The notes under the pieces: generated by a model
Told to the model about the DNA's origin: nothing
The model's input: only the letters and a program-made list of their open reading frames with translations
The model's database searches: none
In this document: positions 23,609 to 31,540 of the stretch, piece by piece
Position numbering within the stretch: position 1 is the first letter of the stretch
Layout of the letters: every line of letters begins with the position of its first letter
Translations under genes and position numbers: made by a program
From: Minisyncoccota bacterium
Lineage (GTDB): Bacteria; Patescibacteriota; Minisyncoccia; Minisyncoccales; RBG-13-42-11
Direction of reading: 5' to 3'
Assembly: GCA_028687495.1 (NCBI GenBank)
Contig: JAQUAA010000001.1
Span: 1-34,744, forward strand
DNA length: 34,744 bases

Positions 23609-25138
23609 TTATTTTGCGTATTCAATAGCTCTCGTCTCCCTGATTACATTCACCTTGATCTCTCCGGGATATCTCAGTTCTTCCTGAATCTGCTGGGCAA
23701 TGGATTTTGCCAAGGATCTCGCCGCCAAGTCATCTAACTCTTCCGGTTTGACGAAAACCCTTATTTCCCTGCCTGCCTGCAAAGCCCACGCTTTCTCAAC
23801 CCCGGGAAACTTCAAAGCGATGCTTTCCAGTTCTCCCAATCTTTTAAGATAGTTTTCCAAAGTGTCTTTTCTGGCTCCGGGTCTCGCGCCGGATATCTGA
23901 TCGGCGGTCTGAATGATGATTGATTCGATATTTTCGTAGGGATAGTCCTCGTGATGGGACTTCATCGCATCGATGATTTCTTTTTCTGCTCCGAATTTTT
24001 CCAGAATCTTAATTCCGATGTCAACGTGTGAACCTTCAACCTGGTGGTCAACCGCCTTGCCGATATCGTGCAGCAACCCCGCTTTTTTGCAGATTAAAGG
24101 ATCAACTCCTATTTCCGAAGCCAGGGCGCCGGCCAGGTGTGCCACCTCGATGGAGTGAAGCAGGGCATTCTGGCCGAAACTCGTCCTGAATTTCAATCTT
24201 CCCAGCAATTGAACCAATTTCGGTTCAAGACCGATGATGCCCACGTCATACGCTGCCGCCTCCCCGGCATCCTTCATTTGTTTCGCTATTTCCGCTTCAG
24301 CCAGCTGAACCTGTTCTTCGATTCTGGCCGGCTGTATTCTGCCGTCCTGAATCAATTTTTCCAGAGCGTTTTTGGCGATCTGCCGGCGAACTGGATCGAA
24401 TCCGGAAATAACCACGGCCTCGGGCGTTTCGTCGATGATTATTTCAACGCCAGTGAGTTTTTCCAGCGTTCTGATGTTTCTTCCTTCCTTGCCGATAATC
24501 CTTCCTTTGATTTCTTCCGACGGCAAATTGAGGGAAGTAGTGGTTATTTCCTGGGCTTGGTTGAGGGCGCACTTCTGAACAGCCAGAGCCAGTAAATCTT
24601 TGGCTTTTTCTTCATACTGTTCAAAACCTTCTTTTTCCAACTTTTTAATCTTTTCCAGAATGTCCTGCTGATATTCTTTTTCCAAATTATCGAGAAGTTC
24701 TTTTTTCGCCTCCTCCTTGGAAATCTTGGCGATTTTTTCCAGGTTATTTATGGCTTCCTGTCTCAAACTCTCCAAACTTTCTTTCACTCCTCTCAGTCTT
24801 TCCACCTTGGACTCAAACTCCCTCTGATTTCTTTCGAAAGCAGAAAGTTTCTGGTCCAGAATATTTTCTCTTTTTAATAAGAGACGCTCTGATCTTAAAA
24901 CTTCAAAACGACGGCTGTCCACTTCTTTATTCGCCGCCTCGATGACTTCTTCGGCCTTCTTTTTGGCCTCAGAGAGAATTTGCTCAGAATCCTCTTTGGC
25001 TTTTAGGACTCTCTTCTGGAGTTTCGCTTCGAGGGTTCCTGCTTGTTTTTGGGCAATTGATTGACGAGCATAGTAACCCAAGATTGACCCCAAGGCCAAG
25101 GCAACTATGCCCACTGCTAATGGGATGAATTGATTCAT
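23609..25138 (-). CDS. rny: Ribonuclease Y
   Basis: N-terminal TM helix, long coiled-coil, KH domain (GKEGRNIRTLE) and HD domain (LLHDIGKAVDH). Confidence 0.93.
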   Translation of the reverse strand: MNQFIPLAVGIVALALGSILGYYARQSIAQKQAGTLEAKLQKRVLKAKEDSEQILSEAKKKAEEVIEAANKEVDSRRFEVLRSERLLLKRENILDQKLSAFERNQREFESKVERLRGVKESLESLRQEAINNLEKIAKISKEEAKKELLDNLEKEYQQDILEKIKKLEKEGFEQYEEKAKDLLALAVQKCALNQAQEITTTSLNLPSEEIKGRIIGKEGRNIRTLEKLTGVEIIIDETPEAVVISGFDPVRRQIAKNALEKLIQDGRIQPARIEEQVQLAEAEIAKQMKDAGEAAAYDVGIIGLEPKLVQLLGRLKFRTSFGQNALLHSIEVAHLAGALASEIGVDPLICKKAGLLHDIGKAVDHQVEGSHVDIGIKILEKFGAEKEIIDAMKSHHEDYPYENIESIIIQTADQISGARPGARKDTLENYLKRLGELESIALKFPGVEKAWALQAGREIRVFVKPEELDDLAARSLAKSIAQQIQEELRYPGEIKVNVIRETRAIEYAK

Positions 25139-25230
25139 GATGTAAGTTGAAAAATTGGATATTTACCATTTAATTAAGTTTGAATTAATTAATCCAAAGT
25201 TCCAAGGTTAAAATTATTATCGTACCTCCA

Positions 25231-25259
25231 ATTTTAGCAGAATCATGCGAAAATGTCAA
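25231..25259 (-). promoter_or_regulatory. Near-consensus promoter TTGACA-N17-TAAAAT for rny (predicted leader about 85-90 nt)
   Basis: The minus strand reads TTGACA (25259-25254), a 17-nt spacer, then TAAAAT (25236-25231). Confidence 0.55.
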
Positions 25260-25279
25260 AACCCGCCTCAGCGGCGGGT
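25258..25279 (-). terminator. Terminator hairpin after the FN3/pilin-like gene; its U-tract overlaps the rny -35
   Basis: The minus strand reads ACCCGCC-gctga-GGCGGGT followed by TTTGACA. Confidence 0.5.
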
Positions 25280-25308
25280 CAAGAAACGGATGATTGGTAA
25301 TTTTCCGA

Positions 25309-25956
25309 TTATCCCCCGAAAGCCCCCTTGATGATGGCGGGAAAGGCCTTGGCCAGCAAGACGATGGCTACGGCAATCAGCGTCCAGAGGATTATCTGGC
25401 GGCCCCTGCTTACCTTAGCCGGGTCGCCCCCCGAAGTCAGTATCAAATAGGCGGCATAGATTATCATGATCGGGGCCACGGCCATGGCTAAAAAGAAAAG
25501 GAAATTCAAAAAAGCATCAAGAGCATCGATCAAATTGTCCGCAGCCAAAGGATTAGTCAAATCAATGGGACTGCCGTCGCCTCCATCGCCATCTGGCGGG
25601 GGAGCCAGGTCTTCCGTAGTAAAGGAACATATTCCGCTCGGAGCCCTGTCAGAACATTCCGGATTACCGCAGCTGACAACATACCACTGATAGTCTTCCG
25701 AGGGCGACAAGCCGGTAACCTGATACTGAGAGACTGAAGGATAACGATCCTGCCAATTGGCATCTTCCACTCTTTTATAATAGAGTTCGTAGTGATGGAC
25801 TGCCTCGTCGCTCCAGTCGAGCAAAACCGCCAGGGGCTGCGTCCCACTGCAAGGAGTCAATCCGGTTGGGGGCGCGGCAGCCAAAACGAAAGCCGGAAAA
25901 ATAACCGATGATCCTAAAATTGAGACTGTTAAAAATTTTAAAAGGTTTTTAGTCAT
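25309..25956 (-). CDS. Secreted FN3-like domain fused to a VirB2/TrbC-like pilin module
   Basis: 215-aa ORF with four parts:
- A signal peptide.
- A ~95-aa segment with a fibronectin-III-like pattern (PPTGLT...LLDWSD...YELYYKR...W...SVSQYQVTGLSPSEDYQWYVVSC).
- A PPPDGDGGDG linker.
- A C-terminal two-helix module homologous to the 180..515 product. Confidence 0.55.
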   Translation of the reverse strand: MTKNLLKFLTVSILGSSVIFPAFVLAAAPPTGLTPCSGTQPLAVLLDWSDEAVHHYELYYKRVEDANWQDRYPSVSQYQVTGLSPSEDYQWYVVSCGNPECSDRAPSGICSFTTEDLAPPPDGDGGDGSPIDLTNPLAADNLIDALDAFLNFLFFLAMAVAPIMIIYAAYLILTSGGDPAKVSRGRQIILWTLIAVAIVLLAKAFPAIIKGAFGG

Positions 25957-25962
25957 TGATTT

Positions 25963-25971
25963 ATAATATCA
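25963..25971 (-). promoter_or_regulatory. Extended -10 element TGATATTAT, 6 nt upstream of the ATG at 25956
   Basis: The minus strand reads TGA (25971-25969), TATTAT (25968-25963), aaatca, then ATG. The -35 would lie in the 3' end of the PKD gene and is weak. Confidence 0.35.
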
Positions 25972-25978
25972 TAATTTG

Positions 25979-27004
25979 TTATTCCTCAACAACGACCCAG
26001 GCGGTAAAACAAGAGTTCTTTTCTCCTAACGCATCGGAAACAACGACTCTTGGCTCGAAAGTGTTTGGTTTCTGGTATCGATGGATTGGATTTTGGTCGG
26101 CTGATTTTTCTCCATCGTTAAAATCCCACTGATAGGATAAACTATCTCCGTCCGGGTCAATTGCCTCGATCTCAAACTTGAATTCCGTACTAACACTCCC
26201 CTGATTGGGAGAAACCTTGCAAAAAGAAATTTCAGGCGGCCGATTTTGGGCAAGAACGAACTTTGCTATCTCGCCCACGGTTAGGTTAAGATATTTTCCT
26301 TTTTCAGCATCGTAGTGGTCGGCGCATTTGACGAAAACGGAATAATTTTCCTCCGGCAAAGCATATTCAAAAGAAGCCGAATTGTTTTCAATTTTCATTT
26401 GGCCTTTGTTCTCGTCGTTAAGATAAAACCAGCAGTAACTGACTTTCAAGTTGTCTGAAATTTCAGCCAAGTATTTATTGCCTTCTCGGGACACCTTGCC
26501 GACTTCTGGCTTTGCCCAATCGACATTATAAGTCAAAGAGCTGATTTCGCCCCGGTTTTCTTTGTCGTCAAGCGCGTAAACGTAGAGAGTGCAGGCGTTC
26601 TCGCCCTGAGATCGGCAATTCATATTTTCTCCGACCGTGATCTCTAAATTGGCGTTGCATTTTCTTTGGCCTCCGCCAGACATCTCTTTTTCGACGTTGT
26701 CGTAAAGAAAATAATAGCATCTGCCGAGAGCCGAACCTGCGGGAGCCAAATCGTAAATATAGCGATAGAAATTGGAGTTTTGCCAGCTTTCTCCCAGATC
26801 GGCAACGTATTCTCTTTTTTCTAAATCATACCGGTAAACGGAAGAAACCGGTCCCTGAATCTTTGCCATGGCTTCTTCCTGTTTTTTTATTTCTTTGGGA
26901 ACACCGCTGGTTGCGGGAAACAATAAAAAGAAAATAAAAAGCCCTAGTCCTGCCAGGGTTAAAATTAGGATGAAAACTTTTTTAGAAAGTTTTATCTTGT
27001 TCAT
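25979..27004 (-). CDS. Membrane-anchored surface protein with C-terminal PKD domain
   Basis: 341-aa ORF with an N-terminal TM anchor, a Cys-containing middle region, and a C-terminal PKD signature ([22 protein letters not shown]...[20 protein letters not shown]). An ATGA overlap joins it to the clpP stop. Confidence 0.7.
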   Translation of the reverse strand: MNKIKLSKKVFILILTLAGLGLFIFFLLFPATSGVPKEIKKQEEAMAKIQGPVSSVYRYDLEKREYVADLGESWQNSNFYRYIYDLAPAGSALGRCYYFLYDNVEKEMSGGGQRKCNANLEITVGENMNCRSQGENACTLYVYALDDKENRGEISSLTYNVDWAKPEVGKVSREGNKYLAEISDNLKVSYCWFYLNDENKGQMKIENNSASFEYALPEENYSVFVKCADHYDAEKGKYLNLTVGEIAKFVLAQNRPPEISFCKVSPNQGSVSTEFKFEIEAIDPDGDSLSYQWDFNDGEKSADQNPIHRYQKPNTFEPRVVVSDALGEKNSCFTAWVVVEE

Positions 27005-27591
27005 TTTTCATTTTTTTGTTTTATCACCTCGTCAATCAAGCCGTATTCCTGCGCTTCATCGGCCGATAAATAAAAATCTCGGTCAGTGTCTTTTTCAATC
27101 CTTTCCAGGGGCTGACCGGTGTGTTTGGCTAAAATTTTATTCAATTTCTCTTTTATTTTGACGATCTGCTTTGCCGTAATCTCAATCTCCACCGCTTCTC
27201 CGGTGACTCCTCCGGCTACTTGATGCAGTAAAACTTGAGAATTGGGCAGGGCGAAACGTTTGCCCTTTTTCCCGGCTGCCAATAAGGTGGCACCCATGGA
27301 AGCAGCCAGCCCGATGCAAACGGTTGAAACATCCGGCTTTATGTATTGCATGGTGTCGTAAATTGCCATGCCGGCAGTAACCGAACCTCCCGGAGTGTTG
27401 ATATAAAGCTGAATATCTTTATTCGGGTCTTTGGAAGCCAGAAACAGAAGCTGGGCGATGATGGAATTAGCTACAGGGTCGGTGACGGGACCAGCCAAGA
27501 AAACAATCCTGTCCTTCAACAGACGGGAATAGATGTCGTAGGCGCGTTCGCCGTACTGAGATTTTTCGATGACGGTGGGAATCAGGTTCAT
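27001..27591 (-). CDS. clpP: ATP-dependent Clp protease proteolytic subunit
   Basis: 196-aa ORF with the typical ClpP N-terminus ([29 protein letters not shown]), catalytic Ser context GLAASMGA, and His context LLHQ. Confidence 0.95.
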   Translation of the reverse strand: MNLIPTVIEKSQYGERAYDIYSRLLKDRIVFLAGPVTDPVANSIIAQLLFLASKDPNKDIQLYINTPGGSVTAGMAIYDTMQYIKPDVSTVCIGLAASMGATLLAAGKKGKRFALPNSQVLLHQVAGGVTGEAVEIEITAKQIVKIKEKLNKILAKHTGQPLERIEKDTDRDFYLSADEAQEYGLIDEVIKQKNEK

Positions 27592-27600
27592 GATAAATTT

Positions 27601-27629
27601 ATTGTAATATTTTGTTCGGCTAAAATCAA
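27601..27629 (-). promoter_or_regulatory. Putative promoter TTGATT-N17-TACAAT, 9 nt upstream of the clpP ATG
   Basis: The minus strand reads TTGATT (27629-27624), a 17-nt spacer, TACAAT (27606-27601), aaatttatc, then ATG (27591). There is no SD. Confidence 0.45.
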
Positions 27630-27631
27630 GT

Positions 27632-27659
27632 TTGAAAATTCCCGAAACTTTGTTAGAGT
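27632..27659 (+). promoter_or_regulatory. Putative promoter TTGAAA-N16-TAGAGT
   Basis: TTGAAA at 27632-27637 and TAGAGT at 27654-27659. The leader carries a strong SD, GGGAGGTG, 5 nt before the ATG at 27695. Confidence 0.4.
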
Positions 27660-27694
27660 TAAAGAAATTGCTCTTTCAGGAAGGGAGGTGAATA

Positions 27695-28189
27695 ATGTAC
27701 TGGGAACAGATCCTAGGCTTTTTTACGATGTGGCCTAGCCCCTTGACGACCATAGCTCTTTGGGCGAAAGCTGGAGTTCCGCTCTGGCAGACAATTTCTT
27801 ACGTTGTTTTTCTCACTTCGCTAAGCTTGAGCTTTACCTATTTTGGAACCGGTTGGTTGGAAAACTGGGTAATCAAAAGAGGCTGGATTAAAAGAACGAC
27901 TATTGAGAAATGGCGGTCTTGGCAGCAGAAACGAAACAACAGTTTCCAGATGAACGGCTTGAACGGAGAAGTAAACCACAGAATAAAGAAATGGCTGATT
28001 CCCCAGAAAGACTGGAAGATTCTCGCCTGTGGCTTCATTCCTTTCGTGCCCCTTGTCCCGAGTATAGTAATTGTCGTGACAAGACTGCTGGAGATAAGGA
28101 ACGGATTCCTCTTTTTAATCCTCGGTAACATAGTGCGGAACTTCATCGTCTGCTACTGTATATACCAAGGAGTAAACTTCCTCTCTTAG
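27695..28189 (+). CDS. Polytopic membrane protein (hypothetical)
   Basis: 164-aa ORF with several hydrophobic segments. It is preceded by the strongest SD in the window (aagGGAGGTGaataATG). I do not recognise the family. Confidence 0.6.
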   Translation: MYWEQILGFFTMWPSPLTTIALWAKAGVPLWQTISYVVFLTSLSLSFTYFGTGWLENWVIKRGWIKRTTIEKWRSWQQKRNNSFQMNGLNGEVNHRIKKWLIPQKDWKILACGFIPFVPLVPSIVIVVTRLLEIRNGFLFLILGNIVRNFIVCYCIYQGVNFLS

Positions 28190-28221
28190 ACAGTCCCGAT
28201 TTCATTATTGATCGGGACTGT
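28190..28221. terminator. 11-bp perfect hairpin between convergent genes, without a U-tract
   Basis: ACAGTCCCGAT (28190-28200) / 10-nt loop / ATCGGGACTGT (28211-28221). Neither strand has a following T-run, so it may be a 3'-end stabiliser or an atypical terminator. Confidence 0.45.
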
Positions 28222-28228
28222 TCCATTG

Positions 28229-30217
28229 TCAGATCAAGAATCCGACGATTAAAAGGGCGACGATGTTGAGAACTTTAATCATGGGGTTGATGGCGGGGCC
28301 GGCCGTATCCTTATAAGGATCGCCGACCGTATCGCCAGTCACAGCTGACTGGTGGGCGAAAGAACCTTTTCCTCCGAAATTTCCTTCTTCAATATATTTT
28401 TTAGCATTGTCCCAAGCAGCTCCGCCCGAAGTCATTTGAAGAGCCAAGAACATTCCGACGATGATTGACCCAATCAGCAATCCTCCCAAAGCTTCTGGTC
28501 CCAGTAACAATCCTATCAAAATCGGGAAAACGACCGGCAGCAAAGCAGGTATCATCATTTCTTTCAAAGCGGCCTTAGTCACAATATCAACGCATCTTGA
28601 ATAATCCGGCTTGGCTTCTCCCGACATTAACCCTTTTATTTCCCTGAATTGCCTTCTTACTTCTTCAACCACGGAACCTGCCGCCTTGCCCACTGCTGTC
28701 ATCGACAGGGAAGCGAAATAATAGGCGACGATACCGCCCGAAAAAAGACCAATCAAAACTTTTGGATCTTGCAGGATAAACTGAACTTTCTTCCCCAAAT
28801 CAGCCAATTCCTGGGTATAAGCCGAGAATAAAACCAAAGCAGCCAATCCTGCGCTGGCTATGGCGTAAGCCTTGGTGACGGCCTTGGTGGTGTTTCCTAT
28901 GGCGTCCAGGGCATCGGTAACTTTGCGGTTTTCTTCTGGAAGTCCCGACATTTCCGAAATGCCGGAAGCATTGTCGGTAATGGGACCGTAAGCATCAAGG
29001 GCGATGATTAGGCCAGTCAAAGAAAGCATGGCCACTGCCGAAACCGCCAGACCATAAATGCCAGCCAGAGCAAAACTGATCAAAATTCCAGCGGAAATGA
29101 CGATAACCGGCAGGATGGTTGATTTCATCCCCACGGCCAGACCGGCGATTATATTCGTGCCGTGTCCTGACTGGCTAGCTAAGGCAATGGACTGAACCGG
29201 AGAATATTTTTTGGAAGTGAAAAATTCGGTGATTAAAAACATTGCCCCGGCAATCAAAAGACCGATCAAGGCCGGGCCGTAAAGATTGAGAACCGGCATT
29301 TTCAAACTCTGGCTGAACTGCAGGATGACGGGAAAAAAGCCGGCCGCAGACAGAATTCCGGCGACAATCAATCCTTTATAGAGAGCCGAAATAATGTTTT
29401 GGTTTTTCCCCAGCCTGACAAAAAAAGTGGCGATGATCGAAGCCAAAATGGCAATCGAACCCAATATCAGGGGGAAGAAAACAGCTTCTGATAAACTGGG
29501 AAATAACAGTCCGCCCAAAACCATGGCGGCGACGATCGTCACAACGTAAGTTTCAAAAAGATCGGCGGCCATTCCAGCGCAATCACCGACATTGTCTCCC
29601 ACCTGATCGGCAATCACGGCTGGATTTCTGGGATCGTCTTCGGGAATACCCTGCTCAACTTTACCGACCAAATCAGCACCAACATCGGCGGCTTTGGTGT
29701 AAATACCGCCTCCCAACCTGGCAAAAACCGAAATTAAACTTCCGCCAAAACCCAGAGCAACCAAAGCTTTTAAATCCTGGGTTAAAAGATAAAAAACGGA
29801 AACAGAAAGAAGACCAAGACCGGCTACTAAGAATCCGGTAACCGAACCTCCCTTAAAAGCCAAACTAAGAGCGGATTTCAAGCCGTTTTTGGCTGATTCA
29901 GCCACTCTGACGTTGGCCCGAGTGGAAACAATCATACCGAAAAAGCCAGCCAAGCCCGAAGCCGCTGCTCCCAATAAGAATCCTAAGGCAGTTTTGATGC
30001 CAAAAATAATAAGCAGAATGAAAAACAGCAAAAAGGCGATAAGAGCAATCGTCTTATACTGCCTTTTTAAAAAAGCCATGGCGCCTTCTTTGATCGCTTC
30101 TGAAATTTCAATCATTCTGCCCGAACCCGCAGCCGCCCGGTTCACTTCTCGAATTAAAAAATAAGCGAAAATTAAAGAAAAAACGGAAACGACGATTGGG
30201 ACCAGTAACATTAACAT
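28229..30217 (-). CDS. hppA: Membrane-integral proton-translocating pyrophosphatase (K+-independent-type motif)
   Basis: 662-aa polytopic protein with [38 protein letters not shown] and [11 protein letters not shown]. Confidence 0.95.
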   Translation of the reverse strand: MLMLLVPIVVSVFSLIFAYFLIREVNRAAAGSGRMIEISEAIKEGAMAFLKRQYKTIALIAFLLFFILLIIFGIKTALGFLLGAAASGLAGFFGMIVSTRANVRVAESAKNGLKSALSLAFKGGSVTGFLVAGLGLLSVSVFYLLTQDLKALVALGFGGSLISVFARLGGGIYTKAADVGADLVGKVEQGIPEDDPRNPAVIADQVGDNVGDCAGMAADLFETYVVTIVAAMVLGGLLFPSLSEAVFFPLILGSIAILASIIATFFVRLGKNQNIISALYKGLIVAGILSAAGFFPVILQFSQSLKMPVLNLYGPALIGLLIAGAMFLITEFFTSKKYSPVQSIALASQSGHGTNIIAGLAVGMKSTILPVIVISAGILISFALAGIYGLAVSAVAMLSLTGLIIALDAYGPITDNASGISEMSGLPEENRKVTDALDAIGNTTKAVTKAYAIASAGLAALVLFSAYTQELADLGKKVQFILQDPKVLIGLFSGGIVAYYFASLSMTAVGKAAGSVVEEVRRQFREIKGLMSGEAKPDYSRCVDIVTKAALKEMMIPALLPVVFPILIGLLLGPEALGGLLIGSIIVGMFLALQMTSGGAAWDNAKKYIEEGNFGGKGSFAHQSAVTGDTVGDPYKDTAGPAINPMIKVLNIVALLIVGFLI

Positions 30218-30219
30218 AT

Positions 30220-31473
30220 TTAACTTTTCTTCTTTGTTTCTTTCTCTTTTTTAGTTTTTTCTTTGACCTTTTTTTCTTTTTTTTCTTTTTTTTCTTCTTT
30301 TTTCATTTCTTTCTCAATCTCTTCGGCCTCGGCCGGGGATTTAACGTCTATTTTCCAACCGGTGAGTTTCGCCGCCAATCTTACGTTCTGGCCGTCTTTG
30401 CCTATGGCCAAGGATAACTGGTCTTCGGGCACTACGGCCAATGCCTTGTTCTTGGGCAGGATTTTCACGTCTTGAACTTTGGCCGGAGAAAGGGAATTGG
30501 CGATATATCTTTCAGGCTCGGGAGAATATTCGATGAGGTCAATTTTTTCTCCGCCCAGTTCGTTAATCACCGCCATGACTCTTGTTCCTTTCTGACCGAC
30601 GCAACTGCCGATGGGATCGATTCCCTCCACTTCCGTGGCCACGGCAATCTTAGATCTGGAACCCGCTTCCCTAGCTATTGATTTAATTTGAACCTGTTCT
30701 GAAGAAATTTCCGGCACCTCAAGTTCAAAAAGCTTGGAAATTAATTTGGGATAAGATCTGGATAAGATAACGACCGGACCCTTGGACGTTTCCTCCACTT
30801 TCAAAACATAAACCTTTAATCTCTGACCCGGCCGATAAAACTCTCCCGGAACCTGTTCTTCTTTTATCAAAATTCCCAAGGTTTTGCCGATGTCCAAAAG
30901 AACGTTTCTTCCCTCGATTCTCTGGACGATTCCGGAGATGATTTCTCCTTCTTTTCCCTTGTATTCATTGAAAACGCTTTCTTTTTCCGCTTCTCTTATT
31001 CTCTGTAAAATCACCTGTTTTGCCGTTTGAGCGGCGATCCGGCCGTAATCTATTCTTGCTTCCAAGGGGATTTCCAATTCTTCGCCAGCTTTTATTTTTG
31101 TTTTTATCTTCTTGGCCTCTTCAAGCATGATGTGTTTTTCCGGATTGAAACGGACTTTTTCTTTGCCGGTTTGAACTTTAATTGAAACTGATTCTTCTTC
31201 TTTGGAAAAATCTTCGGCCGGTAAATTCTTCAATTCCTCCAGCTCTTTTTCCGAATAGATCATTGATTTATCAACGACCAGTTTCACCTGCCAAAACTTA
31301 ACATCGCCTGATTCCGAATCAAGTTTGGCTTTGATTATCTGGCCTTTTTTGCCGTAATCTTTTTTATAAGCAGCGGCAATCGCCATTTCGATGGTCTCCA
31401 AAACTTTTTCTGGAGAGATGCCTTTTTCTTCGGCGATTTGAGCAATCGCCGACGTGAAATTTTTTATGTCCAT
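30220..31473 (-). CDS. nusA: Transcription termination/antitermination factor NusA with Lys/Glu-rich C-terminal tail
   Basis: NusA N-terminal domain, S1 domain ([21 protein letters not shown]), two KH domains ([11 protein letters not shown]; [13 protein letters not shown]), and the tail [30 protein letters not shown]. Confidence 0.92.
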   Translation of the reverse strand: MDIKNFTSAIAQIAEEKGISPEKVLETIEMAIAAAYKKDYGKKGQIIKAKLDSESGDVKFWQVKLVVDKSMIYSEKELEELKNLPAEDFSKEEESVSIKVQTGKEKVRFNPEKHIMLEEAKKIKTKIKAGEELEIPLEARIDYGRIAAQTAKQVILQRIREAEKESVFNEYKGKEGEIISGIVQRIEGRNVLLDIGKTLGILIKEEQVPGEFYRPGQRLKVYVLKVEETSKGPVVILSRSYPKLISKLFELEVPEISSEQVQIKSIAREAGSRSKIAVATEVEGIDPIGSCVGQKGTRVMAVINELGGEKIDLIEYSPEPERYIANSLSPAKVQDVKILPKNKALAVVPEDQLSLAIGKDGQNVRLAAKLTGWKIDVKSPAEAEEIEKEMKKEEKKEKKEKKVKEKTKKEKETKKKS

Positions 31474-31491
31474 ACTGGTGGTTAATAAATG

Positions 31492-31513
31492 AGTCCGCGA
31501 ATTTCTGCGGACT
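31492..31513 (-). other. 7-bp hairpin between the fusion gene and nusA
   Basis: AGTCCGC / 8-nt loop / GCGGACT. The minus strand continues CATTTATT, a weak U-tract. It could be a partial terminator or a processing site. Confidence 0.3.
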
Positions 31514-31540
31514 GACTAATTAAATGATAACAAACTAAAT

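Noticed and set aside
30196-30417. 73-aa plus-strand ORF with a poly-Phe run ([11 protein letters not shown]).
   Set aside because: It is the antisense reading of the Lys/Glu-rich NusA tail (a poly-T/C tract) and is not a real gene.
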